From positions 839-64,838 of the forward strand of contig CAZSRF010000007.1 in the NCBI GenBank assembly GCA_964609155.1: 64,000 nucleotides of DNA, in the 5' to 3' direction. The translations under genes and the position numbers were made by a program. The notes under the pieces were generated by a model. The model was not told where the DNA came from. It did not search any database and worked only from the letters and a program-made list of their open reading frames with translations. Positions 1 to 8,506 of the stretch are shown in pieces. Position 1 is the first letter of the stretch. Every line of letters starts with the position of its first letter. The stretch comes from an uncultured Gammaproteobacteria bacterium. GTDB lineage: Bacteria; Pseudomonadota; Gammaproteobacteria; JAGOUU01.

Positions 1-85
1 CAACGGAAACAACCAATACTAACCATGTAATCACAACTTTTAAAGATAAAATTGCTGCTTTAAAAAATAACTTTTATGGTCATGA

Positions 86-2251
86 TTAAAAACCACTTTC
101 TCGCAACATGATGGCGACAGCTCGCCGCCAAAACCTAGACATTATACTTACTTTTTCGCCATATAGATATAACTTTCCTTTTACAGAAAAATTAGGCAAA
201 TCTTTTATTGACACGTTACTTGGCTTAGCTATAACCTGATAAACTGCATCATGTAAAATTAAATTTTCAACTTCTCTTGTACGCTTAGTTTCTGCATTTT
301 TGTTTAAAAAAGTTGTCAACTCACCACCATATAGTGATGCTAAATATTTATTATCTAAATATTTACTGCCTGCCTTATTAAATCTTATTAATTGCACCTG
401 TATTGGAGCAAATCTCATTCGTTCAAAATAAAATTGTCCGTTAATTTTTGTAATATCCACATTAAGCCTAGCCACATCATGTTCATCCATATAACCCGTT
501 ATAGATAATGTTCCAGGATCGCTGACAGTAAACAAATAATTATTTTGATCATGCCAGGTATTTACCTTCAAATATTTTGATATATCTGTAATTTGACCAT
601 CATAAGGAGCAGCTATAGTAAGTTTAGCTTTTTCAGCTAAAGCACCTGCCAACTCAGATTCTTTGTCCATCAGCTCTTGTGCAGATGCCTGCTTCTCACC
701 TAAAACACGCCCCAAACCACTTTGTTCTCGTAATTTATTTTTGATAATATTTAACTCAACGGTTGACTTATTTACTTGATAATCGATTTCATCTGAAGTA
801 AATGCTGCTAAAACAGCATCTTTTTTCACCCAATCCCCCTGTTTAATATCTAATTTTTTTAACAACCCAGGGTTAAGAGTATATATTTTTACTTCTTTTT
901 CATATGTTAAAACAGCAGGAGTTTCGATTCTATTTTGCAATGGTACAAATAAAAGAATAACTCCAAATACAAAAATTGTTATTGTGACTAATGCTCGAGT
1001 AGGTAAATGTTCTGTTTTTTTCAAAAGCGCAGCACAAGCTATTGCTTCTTTATAGGCTGGATTAAGAATAAACAAATAAACTTCTGCTATCATCAATACA
1101 ACACCAAGTATTTTGAAAAAATAAAAATACACAATAGTAGCCACAGATAGATACAAACTAATTCTATATACCCATGAGAAATAAGCATAAAATAAATACA
1201 GCCTTAAGTCAGATTTTGAACATGGAACAGGTTGAGCGCCCTTGATTCCAAACAACTGCTTTCTAAAGTACCATGTAGCCAAGTTGTAAGCTTTAGTTTG
1301 CAAATTATCAGTCGCTAAAATCTCAGAGATAATATGATACCCATCATACCGTAATAATGGATTAGCATTAATTAAAATTGTGCTTATTATTGAAACAGTT
1401 GGTATATAAATTAAAATACTACGTAACACTCCATCATCTATCAACCCCCACAAAAATAGAGCTATAATGGCTACCCCAGTTTCTGCAATAATACCAGCAC
1501 TGGCAACAACAGTTCTATGATGTCGACTTTTAAGACGCCAAGTATCTGTTGTATCTGTATAAAAAACAGGCCAAAAAACTAACAAAGCTATCCCCATAGT
1601 AGGTATTTTACAACCATAATACTTTGCTACAAACGCATGACCAAGCTCATGAAAGAATTTGGTTACAAGTACAGCGACAGATAAAATAAACATATTCTGT
1701 GGTGTAAATAAATAGTCAAACTGACCTATAAATTCACCCCATTGTCGCATTATAAGATACAATCCCATCACAAGAATAAAAAATAATACATATAAAGTTT
1801 TTTTGGTAAATAAAACTTTGACATATTTCAACATGTGCCTCAAAGCCTTATCTGGCTTAAACAACGGCACTTGCAAGAATAAATATTTTTGTAGCGCTTT
1901 TTGAATAATATGTTTTTTACTGTCAGAATGTACTTGGTATAGATAATCACCAGTATTGCTTTGATCTATCTCTAGTAATTCGTTCAATTTTAAGAACTCT
2001 AATATTTTCTCTATATTTACAGTATTTATTTTTGTGGTCGTCGTAGCATTAACTATTTTACAAATATCATCTGGATTACCAAGATACCAGTGAGATATTA
2101 TTTCAAACTCCTGCCATCCAATACGAAAAAACTTTTCTTTCAATGGATCATGAATAACCCATGTTGGAGCACCAAATTTGTCATGCCCTCCATCAATAAT
2201 ATCAAGCTCCGATCTTAAGTTTGGTAAAGATTGAATAGCTACAGTGGCCAT
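86..2251 (-). CDS. M50 (site-2 protease family) intramembrane zinc metalloprotease fused to a C-terminal HlyD-like periplasmic adaptor domain
   Basis: Both S2P catalytic motifs are intact: HELGH (nt 1637-1651) and NPLLRYDG (nt 1343-1366), inside a polytopic hydrophobic core. The C-terminal ~270 aa has HlyD-like lipoyl half-motifs (GDWVKKDAVLA, TIAAPYDGQITDI) flanking a coiled coil. The track ORF starts at TTG 2281. The ATG at 2251 lies 2 nt after the upstream stop and is the likelier start. Confidence 0.8.
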   Translation of the reverse strand: MATVAIQSLPNLRSELDIIDGGHDKFGAPTWVIHDPLKEKFFRIGWQEFEIISHWYLGNPDDICKIVNATTTTKINTVNIEKILEFLKLNELLEIDQSNTGDYLYQVHSDSKKHIIQKALQKYLFLQVPLFKPDKALRHMLKYVKVLFTKKTLYVLFFILVMGLYLIMRQWGEFIGQFDYLFTPQNMFILSVAVLVTKFFHELGHAFVAKYYGCKIPTMGIALLVFWPVFYTDTTDTWRLKSRHHRTVVASAGIIAETGVAIIALFLWGLIDDGVLRSILIYIPTVSIISTILINANPLLRYDGYHIISEILATDNLQTKAYNLATWYFRKQLFGIKGAQPVPCSKSDLRLYLFYAYFSWVYRISLYLSVATIVYFYFFKILGVVLMIAEVYLFILNPAYKEAIACAALLKKTEHLPTRALVTITIFVFGVILLFVPLQNRIETPAVLTYEKEVKIYTLNPGLLKKLDIKQGDWVKKDAVLAAFTSDEIDYQVNKSTVELNIIKNKLREQSGLGRVLGEKQASAQELMDKESELAGALAEKAKLTIAAPYDGQITDISKYLKVNTWHDQNNYLFTVSDPGTLSITGYMDEHDVARLNVDITKINGQFYFERMRFAPIQVQLIRFNKAGSKYLDNKYLASLYGGELTTFLNKNAETKRTREVENLILHDAVYQVIAKPSNVSIKDLPNFSVKGKLYLYGEKVSIMSRFWRRAVAIMLRESGF

Positions 2252-2253
2252 AA

Positions 2254-3618
2254 TTAAATTCCAATTGTTCGGCGCAACCAAGAAATCGGTTTTCTAAATA
2301 TATAATATATCAACAGTACCCTGTTGCCATATATTTTAGCTGTACCCTTTATTCCAAATCGTTCATCTTTATTGAATTCATTTGTAAAATCTGCAACACC
2401 GTAATAAGCAAGTTTATCATCAGGCTGTAAGTCTGCATGTTTACTGATAAAATTTATATTAGCTTTCATTGGAGACAATGGCTTAGGATTGGGATAAAAC
2501 ACAACTTGTGATCTATCTGGCATTTCAATAAGATCATCAATTGGAATAAAAAGATCTAATTGTTTATTACTCTCACTCGCCAAGAGCATCACACGTTCAC
2601 CAATTTCTACTGGTCGACCTAGCCAGTTTTTTGGGTCTGAAAATATTACTGTACCAGCAAATTCAGCTCTTATCACAGCTCGATCTAACAATAGCTTATT
2701 ATAATTTGCTTCTATTTCTGCAATTTTAATGTCATCACTTAACACCCTTAGGTCGTTTTTGGCTTGAGCATCATTGTAGGATTGTTGATATCCTTTCCTA
2801 TACTTTTCTCTAACGACATCAAGACCTTTCTCTGATTGATCATATTTATTCTGCAAAGTAATTGTATCTAGCTTAAATAACGGTTGTCCTGCTCTAACCA
2901 TCTGATTTGGTAGAACATAAATCTCTTTAATCATTCCTTTTATTGACGAAGCTATAACTGTAGGGTTTTTAGGAGAGATTTCCGCAGGAACCAGTACTGA
3001 ATCCCGAATGGGATAAAACAAAACTAATAAAATTATAAATATAATAGTCTTCCTAGACTCATGAACTTTTTTTAATTTTTTATAAGAAGATACTTTATTT
3101 TGATATAAACGCCATATGTTTGAATAATATGTCATTACTTTCGGTATTTTTTCAATTACTTCAGGCGTCCAGTTCTCTGATGCTAATAGTATCAAACCAC
3201 CTTTCCTGGCACCTGGAAACAACACAGACACCATATACTTATACATTTCACCATCGTAACTTGCTATTGCGTCTTTAAATTTATCGATAGAAAAAAATGT
3301 TACTTTATTAGTTTCAAAAGCCAATTTTGGTAACAAGACTTTTTCCCATAAATGAATGTATGGAGCATGATGATTAACCACGCTAATAGCAGAGACTGCA
3401 AAAATCTTATAACCGTGCAAACTTTCTTGCCAAACAATAGCTTGATCATAAGGAATAATTTTTTTAGTATGATTTACTATATGAAAAGCTAATTGGGTGA
3501 TACTTGTAGACGTGAGTGCTTTACTAATTAACCAGGTTAAAGTTTTATCGTAACTATTTTCCTTTTGTTCTTCTGCGTTTGATTGGTTAGATGGAGTAAA
3601 TTTTATTTCTGTAGCCAT
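2254..3618 (-). CDS. HlyD-family membrane-fusion (adaptor) protein with ~185-aa cytoplasmic N-terminal domain
   Basis: Single TM anchor (IIFIILLVLFYPI) followed by HlyD-type lipoyl halves (IKGMIKEIYVLPNQMVRAGQPLFKLD, VIRAEFAGTVIF) around a coiled coil. The N-terminal domain has a GAF-like pattern (inference). There are 2-nt gaps to both neighbouring genes. Confidence 0.8.
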   Translation of the reverse strand: MATEIKFTPSNQSNAEEQKENSYDKTLTWLISKALTSTSITQLAFHIVNHTKKIIPYDQAIVWQESLHGYKIFAVSAISVVNHHAPYIHLWEKVLLPKLAFETNKVTFFSIDKFKDAIASYDGEMYKYMVSVLFPGARKGGLILLASENWTPEVIEKIPKVMTYYSNIWRLYQNKVSSYKKLKKVHESRKTIIFIILLVLFYPIRDSVLVPAEISPKNPTVIASSIKGMIKEIYVLPNQMVRAGQPLFKLDTITLQNKYDQSEKGLDVVREKYRKGYQQSYNDAQAKNDLRVLSDDIKIAEIEANYNKLLLDRAVIRAEFAGTVIFSDPKNWLGRPVEIGERVMLLASESNKQLDLFIPIDDLIEMPDRSQVVFYPNPKPLSPMKANINFISKHADLQPDDKLAYYGVADFTNEFNKDERFGIKGTAKIYGNRVLLIYYIFRKPISWLRRTIGI

Positions 3619-3620
3619 GT

Positions 3621-4466
3621 TTATGGCCCTTTAAATGTAGCATTACCACTTTCCCCTACAAAAAGCCCTGTGCTCTCACTAGTTATTTTACCAATCAACT
3701 TCACTGATTGACTAACAGCATCAGCATTGTAAATAATTTTGGTGACTTTTGCTTTATATTTACTACTAGTCTCTTTTATTGAAACTTCAAAATCGTCATT
3801 AATTTTTATCCAACTTAACCATTCTGATGGTACAATTGCAGTTACGTCTAAGTTCTTATTGTCTATTATGCTAAACAATTTATCACCTGCTTTTACAGTT
3901 TCAAAGTTTCTTACCTTTAATTCCATTAGTTGACCATCAAATGGAGCTTTTTGTATACAACGTTCAGCTTTGTATTGTGCAATCTTCAGCTTAGCTAATG
4001 AACTTTCGTAATCTCCTTGGCTTGTTAGTAATTCTGTTTTACTAGCACCATCTAAATTTGCTAGATTCTTCATAGCTTGATATTTTTTTTCATTAACAAT
4101 ATTTTCTGCTTTACTTTTTTCTAAATCTGCCGTGTAAACCGTACAATCAAATTTTAATAATACGTCATTTGCTTTAAAGTAATCACCTTCTTTGACTAAA
4201 ATTTCTTTAATTGTTCCATCTATTTCTGTCGAGATGACTGCTTGATTAGTTGTGGTTAATACTGCAGGAACTGCATACTTATCTATATTTAATTCACTAC
4301 CCAATGAAGTTATATGTGAATTTGGCAAATTAGTGGAATTATTTTGATTGGCTGTACTTTTATTATGTTGATTATTAACATCATTAGAAATAAACGTATT
4401 TTGCGCTTGCAAAATACTAATCGTAGTAATCATGACTAATGTAATTTTTTTTACTTTATGCTTCAT
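3621..4466 (-). CDS. Periplasmic adaptor subunit (efflux MFP/HlyD_D23-like), signal peptide
   Basis: N-terminal signal sequence (ITLVMITTISILQA). Lipoyl halves (ISTEIDGTIKEILVKEGDYFKANDVLLKFD, IQKAPFDGQLMELKV) with a short alpha-hairpin, then a beta-barrel-like C-terminus. The start overlaps the upstream stop (ATGA, 4463-4466). Confidence 0.75.
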   Translation of the reverse strand: MKHKVKKITLVMITTISILQAQNTFISNDVNNQHNKSTANQNNSTNLPNSHITSLGSELNIDKYAVPAVLTTTNQAVISTEIDGTIKEILVKEGDYFKANDVLLKFDCTVYTADLEKSKAENIVNEKKYQAMKNLANLDGASKTELLTSQGDYESSLAKLKIAQYKAERCIQKAPFDGQLMELKVRNFETVKAGDKLFSIIDNKNLDVTAIVPSEWLSWIKINDDFEVSIKETSSKYKAKVTKIIYNADAVSQSVKLIGKITSESTGLFVGESGNATFKGP

Positions 4467-6595
4467 AGCACGGCACTAATTAAATTTTTCTCTATATTTT
4501 TAGTATTATTTATCACACGCACCTGAGTTTGCATTTTACCTCTTGCTTGTGGCTCAGAGTTTGGTATCTGCTTTGGAAGCACTGAAGCAGGAGCAGGTGG
4601 ATTAACAGGTTCTACAGGAGTTGAACTAGGTTGTTGTTGCACAGGTTCTGGTGTAACTACAGGAGTAACTGGTGTATTAGATGGCAAAGGAGGATTAACA
4701 TTTCCTTCAATCTGGGTAGTTACAGGAGCAACCGGTGCACTAGATGGCAAAGGAGGATTAACATTTCCTTCAGTCTGGGTAGTTACAGGAGCAACAGGTG
4801 TACTAGATTGCAAAGGAGGAGCGACATTTTTTCCTTCATCCGGTGTAACTACCTTTAATTTTGCCTGTGCATTCTCAGGACGTCGGCGTATTCTCGAAAC
4901 TTTGTTTTTTTTATGATTGGATTTAATCTTAGCATCATTCTTAGATTTATCTTTCATGTTAATTACAGATGTATTATCCAATTTAGCTTGTTTCAACTTA
5001 GGCGACTCTAATCGAAGACCTTGCATTGGGATATCATTAATAGATTGGGATTTAGGTTTATTTATTTTTGATTTATTAAATTTAGCATATTTGCCCTTAA
5101 TCTCATCTAATGTTATATAAAACCCTTGCTTGCTTTTAAGAGAATCTGCTATCTCTTTAGCAATTGCTTTTATTGGCTGATTTAATGTAGTTAATTTATG
5201 CACACTGTTATAACCAACAGAATCTAATAATTCATGATAAGCGGAGAGTTTATCAAAATGCGCAGTTAAAACCCTTAATTTAGCGTCAAAATAATTAATT
5301 TTAGCATTGTATACTTCTAATTGACTTGCCAGATCAGATACCGAACGTTTTTTAAGATTTTCATAGACTATCTCATTATCTTCATAAAAACCTTGAGCCA
5401 GAACACTATTTCTTTCTGCCTCTAATAATCTCACATAAGCAATATTAACTTGAGTCAAAATAGATACTGCCAAAGCCTGACGACGAATTTTGCCAAGATC
5501 TTTATTTGCATTAGCTTTTTCTAAACGAGTATATTTACTAAAAAGATCTAATAAATTACCCGTCAATTGAACTGCTGTCTGCTTCCAAAAATTATAAACT
5601 AGAAAAGATGTGCTGTCATGAAATGCGCCATAATTTAGAGTAAAATTTGGTATCATTTGAAGCCGAGCTTTATAAATCTCATCCATATCAATACGGTTTT
5701 TTAACAACTCCTCTCTTATTTCAGAACGATTATGCAAAGCTAACAATTCGATTTGCTGTATATTATACGGTAAAGAGTTTAACTGTATTTTATCATCATA
5801 AGCCGTATTTAATTCAATTTTTGAGGCTGTTGGCACATTAATCAATAACGCTAATGTTACCACCGCTCTTTCAAGATTATTTTTCATTTTATTTATTTCG
5901 GTAGATTTATCCCATAATGCTATCCGAAATTCAGCTGCTTTTTCTTTAGATATTAACTGCTCTTTTTCCTGTTTTTTAGACTTTTCTATAGCTTGATCAA
6001 TTTCTTTGCTAAGTAGATTAATTTGTGGAATAATATTATTAGTAACGTGACTAGCCCAATATGCGGTACGTGTATCTCGAACAATCTCTTGTAATAGGGT
6101 TTTCTTTTTTTCTTCAAGCATTAAATATTCATTGGCTTTTTGTTTTGAGTTATAGTAGCTAATCCCAAAATCAAGAATACTCCATGACAATTGTAAATCT
6201 AATGTATTCGTATATTTATTACGCGACAAAGATACTTGATTTGTATTAGGCGATAAAACTTTACCTGGTCGATCACGGGCTGTGTAATTAAAATTTGCAA
6301 CAAGATCTGGAAGCATTTCATAGGTAACAGCACGATGCTCTATCAAACCTACTGCAGCTTCTTGAATTTTTTGTTTGTAACTTAAATTATATTTAATAGC
6401 TCTTGCAATTGCTTCTGAAAGGGTCAATGGCTTGATTAATGGTTCAGTAGTACGATAACGCTCAGAACGATCTAGATATAATGCTTTTTTAATCTCATCT
6501 TTAGTTAATGGTTCAGGATTAACTGAGCAACCATTAATAACCAAAATTAACAATAAAAAAGGTAAAAAAACTAACTTAGTATAATTGCTCTTCAT
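4463..6595 (-). CDS. TolC/NodT-family outer-membrane efflux lipoprotein with ~230-aa Lys- and Pro-rich C-terminal extension
   Basis: Lipobox (LVINGC). The first ~480 aa have the duplicated alpha-helical/beta pattern of outer-membrane efflux proteins (LTLSEAIARAIKYNLSYK, LNIAYVRLLEAERN). The C-terminal tail is KxK-rich, followed by PVAPVTTQxEGNVNPPLP repeats. Confidence 0.8.
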   Translation of the reverse strand: MKSNYTKLVFLPFLLLILVINGCSVNPEPLTKDEIKKALYLDRSERYRTTEPLIKPLTLSEAIARAIKYNLSYKQKIQEAAVGLIEHRAVTYEMLPDLVANFNYTARDRPGKVLSPNTNQVSLSRNKYTNTLDLQLSWSILDFGISYYNSKQKANEYLMLEEKKKTLLQEIVRDTRTAYWASHVTNNIIPQINLLSKEIDQAIEKSKKQEKEQLISKEKAAEFRIALWDKSTEINKMKNNLERAVVTLALLINVPTASKIELNTAYDDKIQLNSLPYNIQQIELLALHNRSEIREELLKNRIDMDEIYKARLQMIPNFTLNYGAFHDSTSFLVYNFWKQTAVQLTGNLLDLFSKYTRLEKANANKDLGKIRRQALAVSILTQVNIAYVRLLEAERNSVLAQGFYEDNEIVYENLKKRSVSDLASQLEVYNAKINYFDAKLRVLTAHFDKLSAYHELLDSVGYNSVHKLTTLNQPIKAIAKEIADSLKSKQGFYITLDEIKGKYAKFNKSKINKPKSQSINDIPMQGLRLESPKLKQAKLDNTSVINMKDKSKNDAKIKSNHKKNKVSRIRRRPENAQAKLKVVTPDEGKNVAPPLQSSTPVAPVTTQTEGNVNPPLPSSAPVAPVTTQIEGNVNPPLPSNTPVTPVVTPEPVQQQPSSTPVEPVNPPAPASVLPKQIPNSEPQARGKMQTQVRVINNTKNIEKNLISAVL
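4647..4852. repeat. In-frame 63-bp tandem repeat (about 3 copies), encoding 21-aa Pro-rich units
   Basis: Units at 4678-4740 and 4741-4803 are near-identical (tagatggcaaaggaggattaacatttccttca...). Degenerate partial copies flank them on both sides. Confidence 0.9.
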
Positions 6596-6836
6596 ATTCT
6601 TCTTATTTGCTTTGCTTATTTAATATAAAAATTATACGTCTATGTATACATTATAGATGGTATTTTTTTATCTTAAAGTTTATAGTTACAAACAATTACA
6701 AAACATGAAATAAACACTTAAAATTTAAAATAATAAAACTAACTCTAACGAATGTTATACCAAAAGATTATTAGAATCTTTTAGTATTACTTATTATAAT
6801 AATAATCAACAACCACTACACCCTATATACAGCCTA

Positions 6837-7403
6837 ATGACTAATTTAAGCAATGCATTTCTATTCTTAACTAACTTTTTATTTGACTTTTATATTTCTC
6901 TTGTGCTGTTACGTTTTATACTTCAGTTAGTTCGAGCTCCTTTTAATAACGATATTGGCCAGTTTATTATTAAATTAACCAACCCGGGTGTATTATTATT
7001 TCGAAAATTTGTACCGGGTATCCGGGGTATTGATTTCGCGACCGTTGCGCTAGCATATCTTTTAGCTATTTTGAAAATGCTAATGGTCGTTGTTTTCTCT
7101 ACCCGAGGTTTCTTACCTGTTTATGCAAATTTTCCTGCCTATTTATTATTAGCATTCATATGCCTAATTGAGTTGACTTTAACAATTTATTTTTGGGGTA
7201 TCATCTTACGAGTTATACTAAGCTTTATGGTTAGTAGCTCACCATCTGTTTATAATAACCCTTTTTATACTATGGTTTACTTACTAACAGAGCCAGTATT
7301 AAGTTTTATCAGAAAATTTGTACCATTAATTGGCGGATTTGATCTATCACCAATGATTGCTTTACTAATGATAGCGGTATTAAGAATAGTCTTTAATGTT
7401 TAA
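6837..7403 (+). CDS. yggT: YggT-family integral membrane protein
   Basis: 188 aa. Two YGGT-type hydrophobic repeats (LRFILQLVRAPFNN, LRVILSFMVSS). Lies near rdgB, as in enterobacterial yggS-yggT-yggU-rdgB loci. Confidence 0.8.
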   Translation: MTNLSNAFLFLTNFLFDFYISLVLLRFILQLVRAPFNNDIGQFIIKLTNPGVLLFRKFVPGIRGIDFATVALAYLLAILKMLMVVVFSTRGFLPVYANFPAYLLLAFICLIELTLTIYFWGIILRVILSFMVSSSPSVYNNPFYTMVYLLTEPVLSFIRKFVPLIGGFDLSPMIALLMIAVLRIVFNV

Positions 7404-7412
7404 CGAAAGTGA

Positions 7413-7772
7413 TTAATGCACTAAATGTTTTGAGCGCGGGATAATAAAATGGTTATAAGGAAAATATTCCAAATTACTTATTAAGTGTTTTATATCTCGC
7501 ACAGTTGGTAAGACTAATAAGTAAGTAACATCTTCCACCAACTCTTCGTAATCTTCGCCTAAGCTATTTAATAAAATAATTTCATGTTGATCACCAGACT
7601 CCCAACGTCTTAAAAAATCTTCAGCTAAAGATTTATTTGGGAAAGCTAAATAGGCGCGCTCTTCATTGATAGAAAAACACCAAGGTCCACCGACAACTTC
7701 ATCTTCGGTTTCTATTATAGGATCGTATATTGTATAAAATTCTATCTTTGCAGTTGGAACTTTATCGGCCAT
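7413..7772 (-). CDS. Hypothetical acidic protein (119 aa)
   Basis: Clean ORF filling the gap between yggT and rdgB on the opposite strand. I recognise no motif. Confidence 0.45.
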   Translation of the reverse strand: MADKVPTAKIEFYTIYDPIIETEDEVVGGPWCFSINEERAYLAFPNKSLAEDFLRRWESGDQHEIILLNSLGEDYEELVEDVTYLLVLPTVRDIKHLISNLEYFPYNHFIIPRSKHLVH

Positions 7773-7879
7773 TTTATTTCTCCTTGACTAGAAATATAGC
7801 ATAAATAAAAAAAAAGTTATTTTTGTTAATTTATGATAAAATTGGTCCCTTCAATTCGCCATTTTATATACTCGTATTC

Positions 7880-8506
7880 ATGAATACATTTACTACCACT
7901 CCATCCTATTGGGTGCTTGCAAGTAACAACAACGGTAAAATTGCTGAGCTAAATGATTTAGTTAAAGAATATAATCTTATTCTTAAACCCCAACGGGAAT
8001 TCGATATCCTCGAAATACCCGAGACAGGTTCTACTTTTATTGAAAATGCTTTACTTAAAGCAAGACATGCAAGCAGTATTGCACAGTGCCCTGCTCTAGC
8101 AGATGATTCAGGGCTTGTAGTTGCAGATCTAAACGGCGCACCTGGTATTTACTCCGCTCGTTACGCTGGAACCCAAGATCCTAAAGATAATATTGCTAAA
8201 TTAACTACTACACTTAAAGAATTAAATTTTCCACCTGAGCATAGATTTGCCGCTTTTTTTTATTGTATTATTGTGCTCTTAAAATTCCCTGATGATCCTA
8301 CACCTTTCATTGCAGAAGGTACGTGGTATGGTGAAGTTATTTTAGAACCTCGGGGAAACAATGGGTTTGGTTATGATCCTGTATTTTTTGACCCTAAATT
8401 AAACTGCACTGCTGCTGAGCTATCAGCTTCCCAAAAGCATATGTATAGCCATAGAGGAAAAGCGCTCAGTAAATTATTGACAGGTTTGAAGAAGATTAGA
8501 GATTAG
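7880..8506 (+). CDS. rdgB: Non-canonical purine NTP pyrophosphatase (RdgB/HAM1 family)
   Basis: Motifs VLASNNNGKIAEL, ETGSTFIENALLKA, DDSGL, GAPGIYSARY, GFGYDPVF and SHRGKA. The track ORF begins at TTG 7823. The ATG at 7880 gives the normal length. Confidence 0.9.
   Translation: MNTFTTTPSYWVLASNNNGKIAELNDLVKEYNLILKPQREFDILEIPETGSTFIENALLKARHASSIAQCPALADDSGLVVADLNGAPGIYSARYAGTQDPKDNIAKLTTTLKELNFPPEHRFAAFFYCIIVLLKFPDDPTPFIAEGTWYGEVILEPRGNNGFGYDPVFFDPKLNCTAAELSASQKHMYSHRGKALSKLLTGLKKIRD

Noticed and set aside
1-85. Possible start of a further minus-strand gene (ATG at 24-26, MVSIGCFR...) downstream of the M50 fusion
   Set aside because: Only 8 codons are visible and there is no convincing RBS, so it cannot be supported. 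It is noted because it bears on whether the operon continues beyond the window.
4647-4852. Possible CRISPR array (regular repeats), also considered for 20316-20561
   Set aside because: The 63-bp units are contiguous, in-frame coding repeats with no spacers. The 123-bp units are a simple tandem duplication. No cas genes are present.
3739-5841. Four plus-strand ORFs (3739-3933, 4631-4858, 4917-5120, 5647-5841) inside the adaptor/TolC genes
   Set aside because: They are shadow ORFs antisense to long, motif-supported minus-strand genes. The repetitive RWQRRINISF peptide of 4631-4858 is simply the reverse-frame reading of the 63-bp Pro-rich repeat.
6596-6836. Small precursor-peptide ORF or structured RNA in the 240-bp region upstream of the TolC-like gene
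   Set aside because: Read on both strands, the region is extremely AT-rich with frequent stops. I found no ORF with a plausible RBS and no hairpin, so it is most likely just promoter DNA.
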